DNA of 64,000 nucleotides, taken from the NCBI GenBank assembly GCA_963827165.1, contig CAWGZR010000009.1, positions 1 through 64,000 on the forward strand. The letters run 5' to 3'. This DNA is from Candidatus Bathyarchaeota archaeon (lineage in GTDB: Archaea > Thermoproteota > Bathyarchaeia > Bathyarchaeales > Bathycorpusculaceae). How positions within the stretch are numbered: position 1 is the first letter of the stretch; the number at the start of each line of letters is the position of its first letter. Below are positions 57,385 to 64,000 of this stretch, one piece after another. The translations under genes and the position numbers were made by a program. A model generated the notes under the pieces. That model worked only from the letters and a program-made list of their open reading frames with translations, had not been told where the DNA came from and ran no database searches.

Positions 57385-58677
57385 TTATTCAAGCTGATCT
57401 GTTTTTACCCCAATCAACTTTAAAGCAACCTCGATCAGTTCCGAGTCATCCTTTGCAGCGGCTTGCCGCAAGTTTTCGACTAAAGGCAGAAAAGTCTGTT
57501 TCAGCAAAATGCTGGTTAAATTATCAACAATTTTCTTTTCACGTTCATCCAAGTCGCTCATCATGTTAAGAGCTTTTAAAAGCTCTCTTTGACGGATTTC
57601 TTCTGTTTGAGACAACAATTCGGAAATAATTTTGCTAACATTCTCAGTTTTGAGAGCACGTTCAATTGTGATTAGTTCTTCTTCTATTATTCTTGAAGCA
57701 TCTTTCACGCTTTTTACTCGCTCCATTTTGTTCTTTTCAGCGATTAGGTGGAGGTCATCGATGTTGTACAGTTTTACGTTTGGGAGCTCATCGGTTCCTT
57801 TTTCTACGTTTCGGGGATTGGAAAGGTCAATTACAAGCAAGGTGTCTTTGTTCTGACGAGATACCAGGAATTTTGATACGTTCTCTTTTGTTAGGAGGTA
57901 GTGTGGTGCAGATGTGCAACAGAAAACAACATCGGAATCAACGAGAACTTCTCCAAGCTTGTCAAATTTTACTGCTTGGCCGTGAAGTTCCTCAGCCAGT
58001 CTCTGGGCACGCTCATGAGTTCTGTTAGCGATGAATATTGGGCTGAGGCAGCGCCTAGCCATGGCTTTAGCGACAAGAGTGCCTGTTTCTCCGGCGCCCA
58101 TTACTAGAATTTTCTTTTCATTTAAGCTGCCCAGCAGATTTTCTGCAAGCTCAACTGCCGCTGAACCTACTGAGACTGCGCCTTTGTTAATTCCTGTTTC
58201 TTTTCTTACTCGCCTGCCAACGTTAACTGACCTATTAAACAATTGCTTGAGGACGGGCCCTGCTCCATTAGTTTTCTCGGCTTCAAGGTAAGAGTCCCAA
58301 ACTTGGTTGATAACTTGGTCCTCACCAATCACCATTGATTCTAATCCTGATGTGACTCGTAAAAGGTGATTCAAAGCTTCTTTATTTATCGAATATTCGA
58401 TTGCTTTTGAAGCGGCTTCAATCTGAATCGGGGTCCTTTGGGCGAGATATTCAAAAGCGGCCTTCGCGGTTTCTTCTCCTTTTTGGCTGACCAGGTATAA
58501 TTCTACTCGATTGCACGTTTGAAGAAGAAGACACTCTTCAACGCCTGCGATGGCAGAAACCTCTTTGTACGCAGTTTCCTTGTCTTTGAACGCGACCGCT
58601 TCTAAGAGTGGAACGTGCGCTGTTTTATGAGTAATTCTAACGTTAACGATGTTAACGTTTCTGGCAGATGCCTGCAT
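57385..58677 (-). CDS. hemA: Glutamyl-tRNA reductase
   Basis: LQTCNRVE, GLESMVIGEDQ, GAGETG, ANRT, DLSNPRNV. Confidence 0.95.
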   Translation of the reverse strand: MQASARNVNIVNVRITHKTAHVPLLEAVAFKDKETAYKEVSAIAGVEECLLLQTCNRVELYLVSQKGEETAKAAFEYLAQRTPIQIEAASKAIEYSINKEALNHLLRVTSGLESMVIGEDQVINQVWDSYLEAEKTNGAGPVLKQLFNRSVNVGRRVRKETGINKGAVSVGSAAVELAENLLGSLNEKKILVMGAGETGTLVAKAMARRCLSPIFIANRTHERAQRLAEELHGQAVKFDKLGEVLVDSDVVFCCTSAPHYLLTKENVSKFLVSRQNKDTLLVIDLSNPRNVEKGTDELPNVKLYNIDDLHLIAEKNKMERVKSVKDASRIIEEELITIERALKTENVSKIISELLSQTEEIRQRELLKALNMMSDLDEREKKIVDNLTSILLKQTFLPLVENLRQAAAKDDSELIEVALKLIGVKTDQLE

Positions 58678-58698
58678 CGACCGCTAAACCCCTCCATC

Positions 58699-58720
58699 AT
58701 TGGATGGATAAACCGACCAG
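58699..58720. promoter_or_regulatory. Candidate cobalamin-regulon operator upstream of the hemA-cbi operon
   Basis: attggatggataaaccgaccag, similar to 49485-49506 and adjacent to a TTTATTTA box on the - strand. Confidence 0.65.
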
Positions 58721-58766
58721 CTTAAATAAAAGCTTTGCTTAATTACCCAAAAGAGGGGTTAAAGGC

Positions 58767-60344
58767 ATAACAAAACTTATTCACAGAGTGGGGTTGGCAT
58801 ATTTGCCCGGGTCTTTGCCCTGCTTCGAAACGTTTGGGAACCTACCAACTGATCTCGTTCGCGAAGACGGACTTGTGGAGGGAAAAACAGCCTCAGATGT
58901 GCTTGACATGATAATTATTCCAGGGGGAAGCCTCGTCGAGTCAAACACCCTCAAAGAAGATCTTGCAAGAGAGATTTGCAAAATGGCTGACTGCAGTAAA
59001 TTTGTTTTAGGAATTTGCTCGGGCTTTCAGATTCTTTCGAATGGAACTGATATCGGACGCTTGTCGGCTTATCCAATCATGCGTAAAGGGCTTGGTTTGA
59101 TTGATGCAGAGTTCACGCCTCTGATTTGCACGGATCAAGTTAAAGCCACAGTTATCGGAACTAGTTGCCTCACAGATGCAGTGGGTTCTGAAGTATCCGG
59201 TTTCCATTGCCACACTTACGGTAACGTTGTCACCCACAAAAAAGCAAAACCCATCCTAGTTTCCCACACTAAGCGACTAAATTATCATGAGAACGCAAAA
59301 GATCTTGTTTCCGGAATCTCGAACGATGAGGGCAACGTTGTGGGCGTAATGATACATGGTTTGCTAGACAGAAACCCACTCATTATAGAAGGCATCCAAA
59401 AGTCACTAGACATAAGCAACGAGGAGCTTCGGGGAATCAGAGCGGCGAACGGAAAATTGCTGCATCAGATTAAGGCTGAAATTGGAATTTCAACCAATGT
59501 TTACGAATGTGAAGCTGTTAAAAAACAAAGTACGCATAGGGCTTTGTTGGTAACTGCGTTAGGAAGTGGTTCTGGCAAAACCTTCATAGTTACTGGGTTG
59601 GCAGGCACGCTCAAAAAGAAAGGTTTCAAGGTGGGAGCCGTCAAAGTTGGCGGCGACATCCGAGACGTTGTCCCCGCACTTTACCTGATCAAGGAGCCCA
59701 TAAGAGATTATTCTTCAATTAGAGTTGGGCAAAGCGGATGGATGATAGGCAACGAATCAGTCAAGCAGGCAGAAAAAGAATACGACTTCCTCATCATCGA
59801 GGGAGCCATGAACGCCTTTACGGGGCTATTGAATGAAAAAGTCATGCGCCCTTCTTCCACCGCGGAAATAGCCGCAGCACTTGGAGTTTCCACTGTAGTA
59901 GTAGTTACCTGCGATATGGAAGGGATCGAAGGCGCTTTAGTCAACGTTCTGAACTATGTTAATCTTCTGAAGAATCTCGGAGTAAAAACAGAAGGCGTAA
60001 TCCTCAACAAGGTGCATACAAGCTACTTAACAGAAAACGTTAGGCGATTCATAGAACAAACCTTAACCAATGCGGGGGTTGAGTTGCTGGGCATTGTTCC
60101 CCGAGTCGATGTTGAAGGACGAGGTGCAATTCCGGAGATAGAAATCAAATATGAAGAGTTCGGCGCCAAAGCCATAGAAGTCATAGAAAACTCATTGAAC
60201 ATAGACAAGATCATCCATATAGCCGAACCAACCCGGATAACTCAACTGGACTATAATGCTTTAACGGAAAAATTTAGAAACACACTGTTAGGTAATATTT
60301 CCTCAGAGGCTTCAAAAAGTGGGAAAACTGAAAAATGCTCATAG
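58767..60344 (+). CDS. Cobyrinate a,c-diamide synthase-like protein with N-terminal glutaminase and C-terminal ATPase
   Basis: IIPGG, GICSGFQ, GFHCH, MIHG followed by SGSGKT, IIEGAM, GVILNK; ATA 58767 or GTG 58788 start. Confidence 0.8.
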   Translation: MTKLIHRVGLAYLPGSLPCFETFGNLPTDLVREDGLVEGKTASDVLDMIIIPGGSLVESNTLKEDLAREICKMADCSKFVLGICSGFQILSNGTDIGRLSAYPIMRKGLGLIDAEFTPLICTDQVKATVIGTSCLTDAVGSEVSGFHCHTYGNVVTHKKAKPILVSHTKRLNYHENAKDLVSGISNDEGNVVGVMIHGLLDRNPLIIEGIQKSLDISNEELRGIRAANGKLLHQIKAEIGISTNVYECEAVKKQSTHRALLVTALGSGSGKTFIVTGLAGTLKKKGFKVGAVKVGGDIRDVVPALYLIKEPIRDYSSIRVGQSGWMIGNESVKQAEKEYDFLIIEGAMNAFTGLLNEKVMRPSSTAEIAAALGVSTVVVVTCDMEGIEGALVNVLNYVNLLKNLGVKTEGVILNKVHTSYLTENVRRFIEQTLTNAGVELLGIVPRVDVEGRGAIPEIEIKYEEFGAKAIEVIENSLNIDKIIHIAEPTRITQLDYNALTEKFRNTLLGNISSEASKSGKTEKCS

Positions 60345-60979
60345 ACCTAAACCTTGAAGGAAAACGCGTCGTAGTAGTGGGTGGAGGTTCAGAAGGGTAC
60401 AGAAAAACAGTTGACTTCTTAGACGCAGGAGCCAAAATTTTGGTTGTAAGCCAATCCTTTTCGAGCAACATGACAAAGCTGTATAGCGAAAAAAAGATCT
60501 CAATTCTAAAAGAAAAAATTGAAAACGCAGAATCTTTCATGGACAGTTTTGACCCTAAGCCAGACATAGTTGTCGCAGTCACAAGTAACAGCGAATTCAA
60601 CTCCAGCCTAATTGACTGCGCGAAATCGTCGGGATGCATGGTTTACGCTCCGGACAATCCTTTGGTTAGCGATTTTGCTCTTCCCGCGACGGCAAGTGTT
60701 GGGGACGTAAGAATTGCAGTTTCAACAGGCGGGAAAAGCCCTGCAATGGCAAGCGTCCTGAGAAAACGGATTGAGAAAATGATTACTGCCGAGGATCTGC
60801 TTCAAATAAAACTCCAGGAGTATTTGCGGGATCTTTTGAAAAGGCAGGGGGGCGACCAAAAAGTTCGTAAAGAACTCCTCTACAAAGTGATCGAGGACTT
60901 GGATATTCAAAGGCTTCTCAAGGAGAATAAGTTTGAAGAAGCCAAGGAAAAAGCGGCAGATATTGTTCAAAAGACTTAA
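60335..60979 (+). CDS. sirC: Precorrin-2 dehydrogenase (SirC / CysG N-terminal part)
   Basis: VVVVGGG, SDFALPA, IAVSTGGKSPAMA. Confidence 0.9.
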   Translation: MLIDLNLEGKRVVVVGGGSEGYRKTVDFLDAGAKILVVSQSFSSNMTKLYSEKKISILKEKIENAESFMDSFDPKPDIVVAVTSNSEFNSSLIDCAKSSGCMVYAPDNPLVSDFALPATASVGDVRIAVSTGGKSPAMASVLRKRIEKMITAEDLLQIKLQEYLRDLLKRQGGDQKVRKELLYKVIEDLDIQRLLKENKFEEAKEKAADIVQKT

Positions 60980-61043
60980 TTAAAAAAATCAAAGTAACAA
61001 TTTCACAATAACGTTAAGTTAAAAAGATTTAGGAGATAACAGC

Positions 61044-62024
61044 ATGAGTTTCCCACAAGTTAGAATGCGAAGGCTCAGAAGAACAGCTGCGTTGAGAAAT
61101 ATGATAAACAACGTTAAGCTTCAGCCAAGTGACATAATTTATCCTCTTTTTGTTGATGAAAACGCCAAAAAACCAATTCCTATAAAGAGCATGCCGGGAG
61201 TTTATCGGCTCCCCCTCAACGACGTAGTGAATGATGTTCGACATGCGATGGAGCAGGATGTTAAATCGGTTATTCTTTTTGGAATACCCTCCAAGAAGGA
61301 TGAAACGGGGTCGGGTGCATTCGCGACCGATGGAATTGTTCAGAAGGCGATTAAGAAACTGAAAGATGAGTTTAGTGAAGAATTAGTTGTCATAGCCGAC
61401 ATTTGCCTCTGCGAATACACGAGTCATGGACACTGCGGCATCCTAAAGGATGAGCAAGTTCAAAATGATCAAACGCTTGCAATCCTACAGAAAGTAGCAG
61501 TCAGCCAAGCACAGGCTGGAGTTGACATTGCAGCACCTTCCGCCATGATGGATGGACAAGTTGAATCTATAAGAGAAGCTCTGGATGATTCGGGTTTTGA
61601 CCAAACCGCAATAATGGCTTACTCATCAAAGTACGCCTCCAGCTTCTACGGTCCATTCAGAGACGCAGCCGACTCAACACCTAAGTTTGGCAACCGAAAA
61701 AGTTACCAGATGAGTTGGGGAAATCAGAAGGAAGCTCTCAGAGAAATCGAGTTAGACGTTAACGAAGGTGCAGACATTGTCATGGTGAAGCCGGCGTTAG
61801 CCTACATGGACATAATAAGCTTAGCTAAAAAGAAATTTGACGTGCCAGTCGCAGCCTACAACGTAAGCGGGGAATATGCCATGATAAAAGCTGCCGCACA
61901 AAATGGGTGGATTGACGAGAAAACGGCTGCTCTTGAAGTTCTAACAGGAATTAAGCGTGCTGGCGCAGACACGATTATAACCTACTTTGCAAAAGACGTG
62001 AAAGAATGGCTGAATCAAACTTAG
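61044..62024 (+). CDS. hemB: Porphobilinogen synthase
   Basis: RMRRLR, DICLCEYTSHGHCG, SKYASSFYGPFR, MVKPA, YNVSGEY. Confidence 0.97.
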   Translation: MSFPQVRMRRLRRTAALRNMINNVKLQPSDIIYPLFVDENAKKPIPIKSMPGVYRLPLNDVVNDVRHAMEQDVKSVILFGIPSKKDETGSGAFATDGIVQKAIKKLKDEFSEELVVIADICLCEYTSHGHCGILKDEQVQNDQTLAILQKVAVSQAQAGVDIAAPSAMMDGQVESIREALDDSGFDQTAIMAYSSKYASSFYGPFRDAADSTPKFGNRKSYQMSWGNQKEALREIELDVNEGADIVMVKPALAYMDIISLAKKKFDVPVAAYNVSGEYAMIKAAAQNGWIDEKTAALEVLTGIKRAGADTIITYFAKDVKEWLNQT

Positions 62025-63325
62025 AAGACACAAAGTCAAAAGCGTTGTTCGAAAGGGCAAAGAGGGTTCTTCCGGGCGGCGTGAACAGTCCCGTCAGGGC
62101 TTTCGAACCCAACCCTTTCTTCGTGACACGAGCGAAAGGCTCAAAAATTTACGGTGCCGACGGCGAAACATACATTGATTTTTGTATGGCCTACGGCGCC
62201 CTTTTACTTGGTCACGCCGACAGAGAAGTCATGAAGGCGGTGACCGCCCAGCTTCGAAAAGGTTCACTTTATGGTGCGCCAACTGAATTGGAAGTAGAAT
62301 TCGCCGAATTCATACGGAAACTGGTTCCAAGTCTGGAAATGCTGCGGCTGGTTAACACGGGAACAGAAGCCACAATGCACGCCGTAAGGGCTGCAAGAGG
62401 GTACACTAGGAGAAAAAAACTTGTTAAGTTTGAAGGATGCTTCCATGGATCTCACGATAGCGTACTCGTGAAGGCGGGTTCGGGCGCGGCGACATTCGGA
62501 GTTCCTAATTCAGCTGGAATTCCTGAAGAGACAACAAAGAACACGATTGTCTTGCCTTACAACAGCCTTGACACCTTAGAAACGGTTTTCAAGCAGCAGG
62601 GAAACGAAATTGCCGCGGTCATTGCGGAGCCAGTTATCGGCAACGCCGGTCTCATCTTGCCCAAGACCAACTATCTGAACGAGTTGAGAAAGATCACCCG
62701 AGAATATGGATCCATTTTAATTTTCGACGAAATAATTACGGGTTTCCGACTCGACATAGGAGGCGCGCAAAAACACTTCAATATCAAGCCTGACATTACC
62801 ACATTGGGCAAAGTGCTCGGCGGCGGCTTCCCAATTGCGGTGTTTGGCGGAAGAAAAGAGATTATGCAAAACATGTCGCCCATAGGAAGTGTTTACCAAG
62901 CGGGAACTTTCAGCGGGAATCCCGTTTCAGTGGCAGCGGGCTACACTGCCCTAAAAATCCTCAACCTTAATGAATCAGAGATATATCCGAATCTTGAAAA
63001 GAACTGTTCTGAACTAAGCAAAGCCCTTGTAGACTTAGCTGCGGACTATCATTTAGATGCACAAGTTTACAACCTTGCTTCAATGTACCAAATATTCTTC
63101 TCGTCACAGCCGATTTGCGACATGGCAACCGCTAAATCCGCAGATACTCAAATGTTCCAAACATACTTCCATGAACTCCTAAAGCAAGGAGTTTTCATTC
63201 CGCCTTCCCAGTTTGAGACTTGTTTCTTATCTTCAGCACACACAGAAAAAGATCTGAAAGCTGCAGTGAACGCATTTGACAAAGCTCTGAGGGTTGCATC
63301 AAAAACAAAGAGTAGGTTTGCTTAA
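62006..63325 (+). CDS. hemL: Glutamate-1-semialdehyde 2,1-aminomutase
   Basis: PGGVNSPVRAF, GTEATM, FDEIITGFR, LGKVLGGG, QAGTFSGNP, PPSQFE. Confidence 0.97.
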   Translation: MAESNLEDTKSKALFERAKRVLPGGVNSPVRAFEPNPFFVTRAKGSKIYGADGETYIDFCMAYGALLLGHADREVMKAVTAQLRKGSLYGAPTELEVEFAEFIRKLVPSLEMLRLVNTGTEATMHAVRAARGYTRRKKLVKFEGCFHGSHDSVLVKAGSGAATFGVPNSAGIPEETTKNTIVLPYNSLDTLETVFKQQGNEIAAVIAEPVIGNAGLILPKTNYLNELRKITREYGSILIFDEIITGFRLDIGGAQKHFNIKPDITTLGKVLGGGFPIAVFGGRKEIMQNMSPIGSVYQAGTFSGNPVSVAAGYTALKILNLNESEIYPNLEKNCSELSKALVDLAADYHLDAQVYNLASMYQIFFSSQPICDMATAKSADTQMFQTYFHELLKQGVFIPPSQFETCFLSSAHTEKDLKAAVNAFDKALRVASKTKSRFA

Positions 63326-63326
63326 A

Positions 63327-64000
63327 ATGAAGTTGATTGTTGGCACCAGAGGAAGCAGGCTTTCCAGAATGCAGACCGCAAAGTTCCTTGAAGATCTTAA
63401 GCAAGCACACCCGGAAGCAGAGTTTAAGCTTAAGATTATAAAGACATTGGGCGATGCGGAAAAGCTAAAACCACTTTTCACGATTGATAGCCAAGGCATT
63501 TTCGAAAAAGAAATCGATCAGGCACTTATGAAAGGAGAAGTAGACTTCGCAGTCGCCAGCCTCAAAGATGTCCCCACCGCAGAAGTAACTGACACCGTTG
63601 TTGCCGCTATACCTAGGCGGGCTTCACCTTGTGATGTGCTTATTTCTAAAGACAAGACCGCTTTGAAAGAGCTGCGAAAAGGCGCAGTTATCGGAACGGG
63701 CAGTTTGAGAAGACTTGCGCAGGTTAAACATTTACGTCCTGACCTTGATGTTCAGCCTATTCGAGGCAACGTCGATACCCGGATCCAGAAAGTAAGAAGA
63801 GGCGAAGTAGACGGCATAATAGTCGCCGAGGCGGGTTTGGAACGAATGGGGTTAGCCGACCAGGTTACAGAGAGGTTCTCGCTAGAGTTGTTTCCTTCAG
63901 CGCCTGGGCAAGGTGCCTTAGCTGTCGTGACCAGAAAAAGCGATTGTAAGACAATGAAGTTTTTAAGTGTAATGGAGCATGCGCCGACTCGTTCCGAAGT
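63327..64000 (+). CDS. hemC: Hydroxymethylbilane synthase (partial, runs off the window)
   Basis: MKLIVGTRGSRLS, GIFEKEID, SLKDVP, GTGSLRR, IRGNVDTR, AEAGLER, APGQGAL. Confidence 0.95.
   Translation, partial: MKLIVGTRGSRLSRMQTAKFLEDLKQAHPEAEFKLKIIKTLGDAEKLKPLFTIDSQGIFEKEIDQALMKGEVDFAVASLKDVPTAEVTDTVVAAIPRRASPCDVLISKDKTALKELRKGAVIGTGSLRRLAQVKHLRPDLDVQPIRGNVDTRIQKVRRGEVDGIIVAEAGLERMGLADQVTERFSLELFPSAPGQGALAVVTRKSDCKTMKFLSVMEHAPTRSE

Noticed and set aside
39325-60344. Coenzyme F430 (cfb) pathway suggested by a Ni transporter, second CbiX and amidotransferase
   Set aside because: No cfbC/cfbD (nitrogenase-like) or cfbE (Mur ligase) in the window, and the second CbiX is broken.
1-64000. CRISPR array, cas genes, canonical integron integrase or attC, rRNA, cobalamin riboswitch
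   Set aside because: No regularly spaced identical repeats, no tyrosine recombinase ORF, no RYYYAAC/GTTRRRY-bounded sites recognised, and the cbi leaders are too short for a riboswitch.

Overview
Archaeal chromosomal segment: archaeal-type tRNA with a BHB intron, an ESCRT-III/CdvB paralogue, the Ahb heme pathway and GGTGA/GAGG Shine-Dalgarno motifs. Gene content best fits Bathyarchaeia, which is an inference. 1-6.4 kb: a VapBC-like TA pair and metabolic genes. 6.4-33.2 kb: an accessory island that starts at an intron-containing tRNA-Asp. It is punctuated, on the + strand, by about 10 short sites made of an imperfect hairpin fused to a tRNA 3' end (T-arm/acceptor/CCA). Three Asp-type sites are arranged as attL / attP-like hybrid / attR, and no integrase is present. 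Two IS1182 copies and one IS1182-type MITE each sit in a hairpin loop, the two IS copies at such sites. Cargo includes ABC exporters, an AAA ATPase, an HNH nuclease, an ESCRT-III paralogue, a G1 peptidase, an arylsulfotransferase-like protein and several unannotated microproteins. 33.3-64 kb: a tetrapyrrole supercluster with a sulfite/nitrite reductase, ahbABCD, two ECF Ni/Co transporters, the anaerobic corrin operon hemA-cbiXC-D-E-T-L-F-G-H, a permuted amidotransferase, sirC, hemB, hemL and hemC (partial). It carries recognisable operators, and several genes appear to start at ATA. All calls were made by eye from motifs; no database searches were run.
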